Below, piece by piece: positions 18,001-27,535 of a stretch of DNA of 37,253 nucleotides. Origin of the DNA: a virus. Its lineage: Duplodnaviria; Caudoviricetes. Position 1 is the first letter of the stretch, and the number at the start of each line of letters is the position of its first letter. A model generated the notes under the pieces. The model did not search any database. It saw only the letters and a program-made list of their open reading frames with translations, and was not told the origin of the DNA. The DNA lies in the IMG/VR virus record IMGVR_UViG_3300030207_000942, positions 1-37,253 of that record; one strand, 5' to 3'. The position numbers and the translations under genes are program-made.

Positions 18001-21000
18001 TGATTTTCGTGCAGAAGGTGAATTAGAGGCGGCATCAGTCAGATTTGTGTACAAAAAGAATTTTGTGCCTGATAAAGGATTAGGGCCTCAAAATCCAGAA
18101 TATTTAAATCAACCAAAAGATAAACACGGTGCATTAATGTTTTTTACACCTAATGGAAAACTTTTGTCAGCCCTAGAACCTTTACCCGTAAACTCACATA
18201 TTTATAGAGGTTTAGAAAAACAATACAAAAATATGAATAAAAAGAAAAATGAAAAACCTATAATAGATAGATACAACAGTTTTGTTGAATCTAATGATTT
18301 TTTAAATCCGATGACAATAAGCCCTAAATCTGGCAAAGAAATTAGAGATAAGCTTTTTTATGGAACAGGGTTGACTATGCAAGATATGCTGTTGATGATG
18401 GAAAAAATTGGTGTTGAAGTAGAATTTGTGACAAAAGAACAAATGAAAAAAAAATACAATGCGTCTGGTGCTTTAGGTTTTACTGCGCCACCAGAATTTT
18501 TTAATAAAGAAATATCAGCTAAAGGTATGAAACAAGAAGGCAACATAAAAATTATTTTGTTAGACAAATTTAAAAATGACCCATCATTAGTTATAGAATT
18601 AGAACAACTTTTTGCCCATGAAATGATGCACGTTATTGATTATTATGATAAACAATGGTCAGAGTTAACAAAACCAAGAGAACGAGGACAAACCGAAAAT
18701 TATGAAGGATATGCCGCAGCTTTATCAAGAAAATTTGGTGGTAATAGATTTGTTGGAAGAATGTTAGGTACAGATTTTAGTGGTGGAGAAGCAGACTCTA
18801 GAGTTCCAGGAAATTTTAATTTTAGAGAATTTATGGAAGCTATGGAACAGTCAGAATCAGTAGCAGATACTTTTAGAATAGGACGCGGAAACGTACTAGG
18901 AGCATTAGCTACGTACAAAGATTTTGGAGAAGAATTTTTTGATGCAACTAAAAATGAACCTATGTCTCTTGCAACTTACAAAAAACGTATAAAAGAAATG
19001 GAGCTTGAAGCCAAGTCAAGGCAAAAAGAAATAGAAGAAAAATATAAAAAAGTTTTTGAAACAGACAAAGTGCCACGAACTATAAAAAATAATAAAATAC
19101 TGTTGCCTGTATTAGAAGAATTTTTACCCATTCAAATATACGAGGACCTGTTAAATTTTTCTCACCCTTTGCGTCTGCAAATGATTACAAATGCAGTAAG
19201 CAGTTTACCTAAAGATTATAAAAAAATTTTTGACCCACAAAGTTTTGATGATGTAGTTGGACCAACAGTGTATAAAGATTATGGTAGGGCATTTGCACAG
19301 GCAATAGAAAATGAATTTGCACTTAATGGAATTATAAGTTTGCACGTTGTTTACAGAGAAATGGCTTATATTTCAAACCAGTTTAGACCTACAAGCGAGG
19401 AAGCTCTAGATTATAGAGCTGCATGGATAAATCAATTTCAGGGTAGCAGCCTTGAAGATTACGGGTACGCGAATACTATAAAATACATAAAAGAAATGTA
19501 TCAAAAAGCAGATATGGTTTTTCCTTCTTTGCAAAGAAGATTAGAATATACTCCTGCAGAATATAAAAAACATAGAAAAGAAATAAAAGCCGTCTTAGAT
19601 GCACCAACTTCTCGTTTATCAGAAAATGGGGTAAAAAATATGTTAGGCGAATACGACTTTTATTTCTCAAGAGTAAGTGGATATTATAGAAACACTAAAG
19701 AGATGTTTGCTGATTGGGGTATGGCTTTTATTTTATATCCAGAATTTACAAAAGTTCATTCTCCAGTAGCAACAAAATTTTTTCTAGAACATTTAGACAA
19801 AAAACCAGAATTTGCTAAAACCTATAATTATATACAAGCTGCAATAAACAAAACACCTGGTGAATCTACAGGCAGAGAAGGACAATTGTTTAACGATATG
19901 TTTGATGCTATCAAAAGAAAACAAAAAGAAGTAGAGGTTGCAAAAGAAGAGGGAGACGTAAAAGACCCATTTGAATATAAAACAAAATATTTTGACCAAC
20001 ACAGTATGCTCACCAGTTATCTTGATGCTACTGGAGGCAGGCCGCAAGAATTTTCAAGTGCAATCTTAAAAGGTGAAGCGACAAAAGAAGTCAGAAAAAA
20101 TCAACATTTAGATTTTACACAAAATCCAGAACTTACTAAAGAAGACGATATTATGTGGCAAATTGGTCAACTACAACTTAAATCTACAGAGTTTGAAAAA
20201 TTTTCAGACCAACTTTTTCCTGTAATGCAAGCTTTGCAAGAAGCAATGATAAAATACCCAGAAATGAGAGAAGATACAGATGCATTTCTAACTACAGTAG
20301 GCCTATACCACATAGTAGCAAAAGGCGGTTCGAGAGAAGAAGTTGCACAAAACCCATTGTTTTTAAGAGGTAAAGAATTATTTAAAAACATGCACCCAAT
20401 ACAATATCGTGACAAAGATGGCAAACCGTATGGTGACCCTATAAGTGTTATTGAATTTCTTGATAAAAGACCTATGGCAGAAGACATGATAAAATACATA
20501 GACAAAACATATCCAGAAGTAAATGCTGCCATAGAAGAATTTTTTTCTGTTACAAGAGATGCCTTAGTAAATTCTTTAGCTTATAGTGGACTTGTAGATA
20601 TAGCAACATTAAAAAAAATAAAAAACAACAAATGGTTGACAATAACTTATGGCGACAGAATGATAGAAAGATTAAGAGTTACAGGTCGAGAAGGTTTTAA
20701 AGGAACAGGTTTTGAAGCAATTAAAGGCAGTATAAAAACACCAGCTGCATCGTTTTACGAAACTATAGAAAAAACAATAAACATAATAAGTGTTGCTAAA
20801 AATAACACTTTTTTAAATTATCTTGCCAGAAAAACTCCATTTGATTTAAAAGGATATAAGCGTTTATTAGAATCAGAAGGTTTATTAGATGACACTAGCA
20901 GAGCAAATCAAGCTGTAAGTTTTGATTTGTGGCAAGACCAAGTAGGTTTTTTACGAACTAGCAAAGAATTATTGGAATCTTTTTTTCCTGGTGTAATGGG

Positions 21001-23440
21001 TACAACAATAGGTGCTAATGTTTTTAAAACAGAAACTTTGGAAGATGGCACTGTAACATTAGCTAAAAATAAAAATTTACAAGGCCGTATTATAATTGAT
21101 GTAGAAGATAAAAAACACAAAAAAGTTAGTCCAAAAGTTCAGGAACAAATAAAAAAATTAAGAAAACTTATAAAAGAATTAACTCGTGCAGGGAACACTA
21201 AAGTAATGAACGAGATGAGAAAGGAACTGTTTTACTTGCAAAAAAATAATTTAGAAATAGATAAAAATAAAATCCCTAAAAATATGGAGTATGTTAAATT
21301 TAAAGAATTGCAAAATGAATCTTTAACTGGTGCTGTAAATCTTTTGACAAATGAATCTTTACCCGAAGTAGATTTAGGTATTGCGGCAGGTTCGGTAAAA
21401 TACACAGAAGTTTTTATACACAAGGCACTGGTTGCAGCTTTGTTTGATAAAGAAGCAACGGCTATTGGAAATATTGCATTTTTAAGAAGTTTTGCTGCTG
21501 GAATACAATGGGGAAAAGATTTATATGTAGGTTACAACCCTATTTACGCATTAAGAAACCCACCTAGAGACGCTTATGATATTGCTATAAAATCTGGTGC
21601 TAACCTAGTAAATATATTAGATAAAAACGCATTAAAAAATGTGCAAAATTATTTAAAAAGAGTTTCTGGAAAACCATTTGAAAAAATGTCTAAGCAAGAC
21701 CAAGTGTTAGGCTACACTAAATATATTATAGAAGAATATAAAGATGCCTGGCGTGTAGTAAGAAATCCACAAATTATAGAAGCAGAAAACAAAGAGTTTT
21801 ATAAAAGAATTAATATGATGCCAAAAGCAAATGTGGGTAAAGCAGCCGACATTTTTAAATTAACTGATTACAACCAAGGCATGTTCAATATATACGAAAA
21901 ATTGTCATTGCAAGACGGAGTTAATTATCATGCAGAACCAGAAGTTGCTGGTCGCAAATATATTTTACCGCAAATCAACAAATTAGCTTATGAAATATAC
22001 GCTTTGACAAAAGCAGGTGAACTAGCACCAAGAGCAGCTTTTTGGCAATATTACCAAGATGGTGTCAAAGATGGACTCTATCCAAAAGTTGACCCAAAAA
22101 AATTAGATATAGAAATACAGCGAGTTATAACTCCTAACTATGCAGCCCGCGGAACTTACGCTGCTTATTTAGAATTGACAATGCCTTTCTTTAACGCTAC
22201 TGTTCAAAGTTACAGAGCAGACATTCGTGCCTTTCAAAGAAACCCGCAACAATATTTACTTAGAACAGTCCAATATAACAAATGGGAAATTATAAAAAAT
22301 CTTGCAAAATATGGTGTGCTGGGAGGGTCGATAGCAATGATGTTTAGAGGAGTAGACCCAGTTGACGAAGCCTTGTATCATAACCTGCCATTATTTTTAA
22401 TGGGTGAAGACGATGATGATTACAAATCTAAAAAAGTATTTTATCTTAAATTACCTAAAAGTCCTACAGCTATACTACACAATTATTTTGTAGATTCTGC
22501 AATGCATGAAATTTTATCAGCAGCGGGTTATGATTATTATGATGACCCAACTTTTCCTAGAACTCTTACAAATGAAAGAAAAAATGCGGCTAGGCTGGAA
22601 TATCTAAAACCTAATGCAAGTTTTGTGTTGGAAGCTATGATAGACACTATGAATTTTTTAGTAGACGGAACATTGCCCAAAAGTAATTTGACAGACAACT
22701 ATCTTGTTACAGACGATATAGCATACCTATCAAAAAAATCTAGAAACAAAACAAACGATTTATATTATTCTATGTTTGGTCCTACAGGAGATAAGTACGA
22801 AAGACAATTTTTTATAGATGATTTTGCTAAAAGTATGTACAACAAATATGGTTTAGGCTCACCTATAGGACATCAATTTGATTTAGGCAGAAACATGGGA
22901 TTTTCCAATCTTAAAGAAAAATTAAGAAAAAAAGGCCTAGGAGCATTAAATTCATTTTACGGAATAGGACCTGAATTAGGAGAAATGGCTATAGACCAGT
23001 TTAAAGAAAATAAACAAATGATAAAAGTTTTAGACAGACAATTAGTAGATAGTTATTTTAACAAAGCGGAAAGAGGGGAAACGCCTACGGAACAAGAAAT
23101 GAACGCAGTAAATACGATGGTTAAAAGACAAGGTATAGATGCAATATTTAAATGGTGTAGAACAAGTGGATTGAATTGCACAAGGGCCAGTTTAAAATAT
23201 TTACAGTTACCCAAAAAAGAAAGAGAATATATTGACAAAAATTATTTTAACAAATATATGTTTAATAATACTGGTAGAATGACTAATACTGAAAAAGATG
23301 CAATGGATAAAGTACAAAATGAAATTAACAAAGGTGGAGTACGATTACAAGTTGACGTAGAAGGCGCAGAAACGGTAGACAAAGGTGGAGTAAAATTACA
23401 AATTGACGTAGAAGGCGCAGAAAAGGTAGAAAAAGAATAA
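15044..23440 (+). CDS. Giant internal virion/ejection protein with a zincin HExxH motif (polyvalent-protein-like)
   Basis: 2798 aa; AHEMMH at residue 1192; EMFAD at 1553; PFFNATVQ motif in the C-terminal region; gp16-like position. Confidence 0.75.
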   Translation: MKDLKQIQADVDFDVDEYELKLRKKYKNAGFTDAEINKHLNTLDSESEIIGTDDLIIDTEAIPEERLDEGDLLLRQKINKEEYLLKKEYRNQEIANIFNVDARIQEKARIQNNDKSSGTNPHLSTVIGDKEDLYNPFSTLLKDGETIQEYAKIAEDLKTQRQVQKMGLKYLDNGPLHNYDLSKVEKVNLLDTASTIFSLASNSKNIHSTDGKRKGFLQLTDNQWEDWKQLYAATERKNGTFIYEEWLDESDPTAVLAQNKHAIILINYIMHSPNISEELRAGLLNGDIESAQKFVDLHIYMGEENKSQVRKEGLLTDNYEITSGDLGFINPQSTIGKISKALPGGKEIVKFLGGYGVENIFSNGFDSSVNGAIALFNEYQLRDDVININNLKQITDEKYLKEPGLMPAFIKTMRDLFFVKDLDTPSEKKRKLAETLNYDNMSTYMGFAKDVITFANDLPYFAAGEKIRPLRAANQVFKSTVGSGFAFYIPTVMRSSLYNAILDNKVDNFGNFLEHLLSYDVQKSGLKAFSVGGLLGLGRAKFINRPMDIRFVRNSDKTNAFPSTRLKQGRLLDTRKYNYNPMTNKLQGHLANLAWDTVGLGTLSPIIQEGRLPVGSDYAHAAAIGGVLRGKDLFFGGKMKPEHHAVDQKIKKNAFNLDPNKIIEADVLATQQVRNGIIPVMYDRFDSAIRNAFKKRNVDVINEPVYRPNDKITTRIGQEEYRHLNTIDENGVKINLVEDPYNYLKVELAKDMNKGKGSTTEIVEDQFGNISPVYTTKSENNYEMPTQNRYVQEKEKIDDIEYKPNTEESLQMVKVGDKYNPVIRKPSLTEKGIAVRKRNIFREIKNENDRIKIRPLKTVIYPALTNIILEYNRGNILEDIGWLNDYIPKKGDAGYEIFESQKKEGAIVGGFTGENNLMYHGYAATPVIKFVPDFQTHLKQSEEQDGMGDYKNNPYIAFAIKHPRERTDEEDIYVFNKSAYDMLRLYDFRAEGELEAASVRFVYKKNFVPDKGLGPQNPEYLNQPKDKHGALMFFTPNGKLLSALEPLPVNSHIYRGLEKQYKNMNKKKNEKPIIDRYNSFVESNDFLNPMTISPKSGKEIRDKLFYGTGLTMQDMLLMMEKIGVEVEFVTKEQMKKKYNASGALGFTAPPEFFNKEISAKGMKQEGNIKIILLDKFKNDPSLVIELEQLFAHEMMHVIDYYDKQWSELTKPRERGQTENYEGYAAALSRKFGGNRFVGRMLGTDFSGGEADSRVPGNFNFREFMEAMEQSESVADTFRIGRGNVLGALATYKDFGEEFFDATKNEPMSLATYKKRIKEMELEAKSRQKEIEEKYKKVFETDKVPRTIKNNKILLPVLEEFLPIQIYEDLLNFSHPLRLQMITNAVSSLPKDYKKIFDPQSFDDVVGPTVYKDYGRAFAQAIENEFALNGIISLHVVYREMAYISNQFRPTSEEALDYRAAWINQFQGSSLEDYGYANTIKYIKEMYQKADMVFPSLQRRLEYTPAEYKKHRKEIKAVLDAPTSRLSENGVKNMLGEYDFYFSRVSGYYRNTKEMFADWGMAFILYPEFTKVHSPVATKFFLEHLDKKPEFAKTYNYIQAAINKTPGESTGREGQLFNDMFDAIKRKQKEVEVAKEEGDVKDPFEYKTKYFDQHSMLTSYLDATGGRPQEFSSAILKGEATKEVRKNQHLDFTQNPELTKEDDIMWQIGQLQLKSTEFEKFSDQLFPVMQALQEAMIKYPEMREDTDAFLTTVGLYHIVAKGGSREEVAQNPLFLRGKELFKNMHPIQYRDKDGKPYGDPISVIEFLDKRPMAEDMIKYIDKTYPEVNAAIEEFFSVTRDALVNSLAYSGLVDIATLKKIKNNKWLTITYGDRMIERLRVTGREGFKGTGFEAIKGSIKTPAASFYETIEKTINIISVAKNNTFLNYLARKTPFDLKGYKRLLESEGLLDDTSRANQAVSFDLWQDQVGFLRTSKELLESFFPGVMGTTIGANVFKTETLEDGTVTLAKNKNLQGRIIIDVEDKKHKKVSPKVQEQIKKLRKLIKELTRAGNTKVMNEMRKELFYLQKNNLEIDKNKIPKNMEYVKFKELQNESLTGAVNLLTNESLPEVDLGIAAGSVKYTEVFIHKALVAALFDKEATAIGNIAFLRSFAAGIQWGKDLYVGYNPIYALRNPPRDAYDIAIKSGANLVNILDKNALKNVQNYLKRVSGKPFEKMSKQDQVLGYTKYIIEEYKDAWRVVRNPQIIEAENKEFYKRINMMPKANVGKAADIFKLTDYNQGMFNIYEKLSLQDGVNYHAEPEVAGRKYILPQINKLAYEIYALTKAGELAPRAAFWQYYQDGVKDGLYPKVDPKKLDIEIQRVITPNYAARGTYAAYLELTMPFFNATVQSYRADIRAFQRNPQQYLLRTVQYNKWEIIKNLAKYGVLGGSIAMMFRGVDPVDEALYHNLPLFLMGEDDDDYKSKKVFYLKLPKSPTAILHNYFVDSAMHEILSAAGYDYYDDPTFPRTLTNERKNAARLEYLKPNASFVLEAMIDTMNFLVDGTLPKSNLTDNYLVTDDIAYLSKKSRNKTNDLYYSMFGPTGDKYERQFFIDDFAKSMYNKYGLGSPIGHQFDLGRNMGFSNLKEKLRKKGLGALNSFYGIGPELGEMAIDQFKENKQMIKVLDRQLVDSYFNKAERGETPTEQEMNAVNTMVKRQGIDAIFKWCRTSGLNCTRASLKYLQLPKKEREYIDKNYFNKYMFNNTGRMTNTEKDAMDKVQNEINKGGVRLQVDVEGAETVDKGGVKLQIDVEGAEKVEKE
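23328..23429 (+). repeat. Tandem 51-bp repeat, two copies, in frame
   Basis: KGGVRLQVDVEGAETVD / KGGVKLQIDVEGAEKVE. Confidence 0.9.
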
Positions 23441-23469
23441 GAATAATGATAAAATTATGAGGATAGAAA

Positions 23470-25959
23470 ATGGCAATATCAACAACAATAATTAAGAATA
23501 GTTACAGTGGAGACGGGTCTAACGATACCTTTGCATACCAGTTTAAAATAGCTGCAGATGCAGATATACAGGTTATTATTAGGTCATCTACTGGTGCAGA
23601 AACTGTAAAAACCCTCACTACACATTATACAGTAACTGGTGCAGGAAATGCAACTGGTGGGAATGTAGTCTTTGAATCTGCACACATACCTACAGCTACT
23701 GAAACAGTAGTTATAAGAAGAAATACAACACAGACACAAACACTTGACTTAGTAGAAAACGACCCATTTACAGCAGATTCTGTAGAGGGTGCATTTGACA
23801 AGAACTTAGCAGCTATACAAGAACTTCAGGAGCAAGTAGACAGGTCATTTAAAGTATCAAGAACTAATACAATATCATCATCAGAGTTTGTAGATAGTGC
23901 TACTACAAGAGCTGGTAAGACACTAGGATTTGATTCATCAGGCGATTTAACTACAGTTGCAGACTTTTTACCAGCTGGTGGAGATTCAGCATTATTTAAA
24001 TATTCAACAACTACATCAGAAGCTGACCCAGGAGCTGGCGTGTTTAGAATGAACAATACTACATTCTCTAGTGTTACAGAACTTTACATAGATGACACTG
24101 ATTTAAACGGCTTAGATGTTGCAGCATGGGTGCAGTCCTTTGATGACGTGTCTGGAAACGATACAAACAGAGGCCGTATTAGAATACAAAACGCAGGAAC
24201 ATTAACATCTTATATTACATTTAAAGTAAGGGGTGCAGTATCTGACGAAACTGGATATACAAAAGTATTAGTAACTCACATAGCATCAAACGGCACACTA
24301 GCTAATGATGCAAAAGCATTTATATCCTTTGTACCTAGTGGTGAAGATGGTGCAATACCAGGATATTTCTATAAGTTTGATACAGGCACAAGCGATACAG
24401 ACCCTGGAGCAGGAGAGATAGCCTTTAACAATGGCACATATGCTTCAGTAACAGCTATATATATAGATGATGTTGATGCAAATGGAAGCTCAACACAAGC
24501 AGATACAATAACATGGGATGATAGTACATCTACAATTAAAGGCTATCTACATATAGTAGACATAAATGACAGCAGCACATACGCAAGATTTTCTATTACT
24601 GGTGCATCAACAGATGCTTCTGGATATAATAAACTTGCAGTAACACATATTGCATCAAACAATACTTTCTCAGCAGCAGATGAATTATCAGTACACTTTA
24701 CTAGACAAGGCGATAAAGGAGATACAGGAGCTACTGGCTCTACTGGTTCTACTGGTCCAGCAGGAAGTAATGGTAGTGATGGTAGTGATGGAGCTGATGG
24801 TGCAGCAGGCACAAACTCACAATTGTCTATGACATTTGAAAGCACAACTTCTGACGCTGACCCAGGTGCAGGTAAAATTGCATTTAATAATGGCACTCTA
24901 TCTAGTGTATCTATCCTTTATATAGATGATGCAGATGATGCAGGTGCAGACATATCTGGTTATGTTCAAAGTTTTGATGACGTATCTAATACAGTAGCAA
25001 GAGGAATAATAACAGTAACCAAAGAAGGAACAGCATCTACCTTTGCTACATTTAAAGTTAGTGGTGCTGTTACAGATGCAAGTGGTTACACTAAAGTGCC
25101 TGTTACTCATGTAGTAAGCAACGGAACTTTTTCTGACAATGATGGAGTAGGAGTACATTTTAGTTATAGTGGTGCAGATGGTGGACAACAATCTGCTGCA
25201 AGATTTGTATTTAATATTACAGGTACACCTACAACTGTCACTGGCTCAGATGCTGCAGGACAAACACTTGCATACACAGCAGGACAAGTAGACGTATTTT
25301 TAAATGGTGTAAAACAAGTAGTAGGTACAGACGTAACTGCAAGTAATGGCAGCAGCCTTGTATTTGCTTCAGCGTTAGCAGCAGGAGATGTTGTAGAAGC
25401 AGTAGCCTTTACAGCTTTTTCTTCATCTAACATAGCAGCAAGTGAAGTAACATCTGGAACTTTTGACAAAGCTAGACTACCAGCAGGTGCTATATTACAA
25501 GTATTACAAGCTGTAAAGACAGACACACAAGCAACTACCTCTACATCACCAGTAGACGTTAGTGGGCTTTCCGTAGCAATTACACCTCGTAGCACATCAA
25601 ATAAAATTTTAGTTATGATGGATGTTGCAGTTGGTACAGCAGAATCTACAGGTAGTTTGGGAGCTGTGTATTTGTTACGAGGTTCTACAAATATTTATGT
25701 TGGAGATGCAGCTAGTAATAGAGCAAGAGCAACTGCACAAATAGATAACAACGCTGGTGATATGTCATTTAGTATTGTTCGTAACCATGCAACATTTTTA
25801 GATAGTCCGTCATCAACATCAGAACAAACATACAAAGTACAGTTTGAAACACACAATGGTGCAAACGAAGTTTATATAAATAGAAGTGGTAATGATGGCG
25901 ACCAAACTTATATACAAAGAGTAGCATCATCAATTACAGTTATGGAGGTAGCAGGGTAA
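23470..25959 (+). CDS. Tail fibre protein
   Basis: T7 gp17-like N-terminal anchor (SYSGDGS..TF.Y.F, VIRR.T...Q..D); three DPGAG...YIDD repeats; collagen Gly-X-Y segment. Confidence 0.92.
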   Translation: MAISTTIIKNSYSGDGSNDTFAYQFKIAADADIQVIIRSSTGAETVKTLTTHYTVTGAGNATGGNVVFESAHIPTATETVVIRRNTTQTQTLDLVENDPFTADSVEGAFDKNLAAIQELQEQVDRSFKVSRTNTISSSEFVDSATTRAGKTLGFDSSGDLTTVADFLPAGGDSALFKYSTTTSEADPGAGVFRMNNTTFSSVTELYIDDTDLNGLDVAAWVQSFDDVSGNDTNRGRIRIQNAGTLTSYITFKVRGAVSDETGYTKVLVTHIASNGTLANDAKAFISFVPSGEDGAIPGYFYKFDTGTSDTDPGAGEIAFNNGTYASVTAIYIDDVDANGSSTQADTITWDDSTSTIKGYLHIVDINDSSTYARFSITGASTDASGYNKLAVTHIASNNTFSAADELSVHFTRQGDKGDTGATGSTGSTGPAGSNGSDGSDGADGAAGTNSQLSMTFESTTSDADPGAGKIAFNNGTLSSVSILYIDDADDAGADISGYVQSFDDVSNTVARGIITVTKEGTASTFATFKVSGAVTDASGYTKVPVTHVVSNGTFSDNDGVGVHFSYSGADGGQQSAARFVFNITGTPTTVTGSDAAGQTLAYTAGQVDVFLNGVKQVVGTDVTASNGSSLVFASALAAGDVVEAVAFTAFSSSNIAASEVTSGTFDKARLPAGAILQVLQAVKTDTQATTSTSPVDVSGLSVAITPRSTSNKILVMMDVAVGTAESTGSLGAVYLLRGSTNIYVGDAASNRARATAQIDNNAGDMSFSIVRNHATFLDSPSSTSEQTYKVQFETHNGANEVYINRSGNDGDQTYIQRVASSITVMEVAG

Positions 25960-26462
25960 TGAGTAGAGCAAGAGAATTAGGAACATACGCAGGAAAAATT
26001 TTACAAGTCAAATCAACTATTAAGACTGATACCTTTAGCACTACCTCTGGTTCAATAACTGATATAACAGGATTAAATGTATCTATTACACCAGCATCAA
26101 CTTCAAATAAAATTCTTGTAATAGCTAGAGTAAATATTGGTTTAGATAGAACAGCACCATATTTATACCCATTATTTTTATTTAGAGATTCTACAAATTT
26201 AGGTATACATGATTCAGCTAGTAATAGAACAAGAGCGCATTCTGGTGGACAATGGCCGTGTGCTTCAACTGACCCAACAGTAGATTACGTATTAGAATTT
26301 TTGGATAGTCCAAGTTCTACCAGTTCTCTTACATACAAAGTTGCTATGTTTTCAGAAAGTAGTGGCACAGCATATGTTAATAGAGGTACAGAAAATGATG
26401 GTGATGCAGCTATAACAGGTAGGTTTACATCAGTTATTACAGTACAGGAGGTTGCAGGATAA
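25959..26462 (+). CDS. Tail fibre-associated protein, paralogue of the fibre C-terminal domain
   Basis: GKILQV....KTDT, ITP.STSNKILV, FLDSPSSTS..TYKV, EVAG shared with the fibre tip. Confidence 0.85.
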   Translation: MSRARELGTYAGKILQVKSTIKTDTFSTTSGSITDITGLNVSITPASTSNKILVIARVNIGLDRTAPYLYPLFLFRDSTNLGIHDSASNRTRAHSGGQWPCASTDPTVDYVLEFLDSPSSTSSLTYKVAMFSESSGTAYVNRGTENDGDAAITGRFTSVITVQEVAG

Positions 26463-26755
26463 TGGATATAATAACAGCAATTTTAGCTATAGATTCTGAT
26501 GCAGATGTAAGTGTAAATGCAGAAAGCTTTGACCAGATTACATGGCATGACGGCAATCCAAACAACATTACAAAAGAGCAAATTATTGCAAAACAAGAAG
26601 AATTAAAAACAGCACATAATAATACCAAATACCAAAGAGATAGAGCTGCAGAATATCCTAGCTGGGAAGACCAATTGGACAAGATATATCATGATGGGAT
26701 TGATGCTTGGAAGGCAGATATAAAAGCAATTAAAGATAAATATCCAAAACCATAG
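26462..26755 (+). CDS. Putative tail fibre assembly chaperone
   Basis: YQRDRAAEYPSWEDQLD.IYH.GIDAWK..IKAIKDKYPKP; follows fibre genes. Confidence 0.7.
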   Translation: MDIITAILAIDSDADVSVNAESFDQITWHDGNPNNITKEQIIAKQEELKTAHNNTKYQRDRAAEYPSWEDQLDKIYHDGIDAWKADIKAIKDKYPKP

Positions 26756-26764
26756 GAGTGCAAC

Positions 26765-26953
26765 ATGAGTAATATATTAGAAGATATTATTAAAAGACTA
26801 GAAAAAGTAGAACATAGGGTACAGGGCGTAGAAGAAATTTTAGAAATAGAAGACAGCTACGGGGATATTTACAACACAGAATTAGAAGCTGAAGACGCGT
26901 ATCCAGATTGCGATTGTGATGAGACTTGCGAGGATTGTGAGGTTGAAAACTAA
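26765..26953 (+). CDS. Small acidic protein with a Cys cluster
   Basis: AGGAG RBS; N-terminal coiled coil; CDCDETCEDC. Confidence 0.7.
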   Translation: MSNILEDIIKRLEKVEHRVQGVEEILEIEDSYGDIYNTELEAEDAYPDCDCDETCEDCEVEN

Positions 26954-27158
26954 TAACGAACTAACTGTAGAGATAGAACGTATTAAAGGTGATATAAAAC
27001 TTATACACAAATCAGTAGAAACTATTGAAAAGAATCATTTGCGTCATATAGAAGACGATATAAATTCTATAAAAAAAGTTTTGTGGACTGTGGCAGTAGT
27101 TGCAGGAACACAAATGATTATTGTTATACGAGAACTTTTAATTAGGGGGATAGCATAA
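26937..27158 (+). CDS. Coiled-coil plus C-terminal TM protein (XhlA/holin-like)
   Basis: IEKNHLRHIEDDI followed by VLWTVAVVAGTQMIIVI; start uncertain (26916, 26937 or 26943). Confidence 0.65.
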   Translation: MRLKTNNELTVEIERIKGDIKLIHKSVETIEKNHLRHIEDDINSIKKVLWTVAVVAGTQMIIVIRELLIRGIA

Positions 27159-27535
27159 TGTTTGGTTTGTTATCAGCAGTAGTATCAACAGCAGTAGATT
27201 GTTTTAAACAAAGACAAGAGACTAAAAAGTACGAAGCCATGGCTGAAAGAAATCATATGTATCGTATGGCTCAGGGAGAGATAGACTATCAAGCACAGGT
27301 AAGAGCAGACAACAACAATGGTTGGAAAGACGAGTTTGTTCTTGTGATAGTATCATTGCCTATACTTGTACTTGCATACGCAGTATTTTTTGGTGATGAT
27401 ATGATGAAGGAAAAGTTAGACCTATTCTTTCAATACTTTAATGGATTACCTCAATGGTATCAATGGTTACTAATAGGTATTTTTGGAGCTATATATGGAC
27501 TTAAACCAGCAGCTGGCATGTTTGGTAAGAAATGA
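27158..27535 (+). CDS. Putative holin (multi-TM membrane protein)
   Basis: GWKDEFVLVIVSLPILVL, LPQWYQWLLIGIFGAIYGLK; basic C-terminus. Confidence 0.65.
   Translation: MFGLLSAVVSTAVDCFKQRQETKKYEAMAERNHMYRMAQGEIDYQAQVRADNNNGWKDEFVLVIVSLPILVLAYAVFFGDDMMKEKLDLFFQYFNGLPQWYQWLLIGIFGAIYGLKPAAGMFGKK

Noticed and set aside
23470-26462. Diversity-generating retroelement as in BPP-1
   Set aside because: No reverse transcriptase ORF. The duplicated tips differ at all base types rather than only at adenines.
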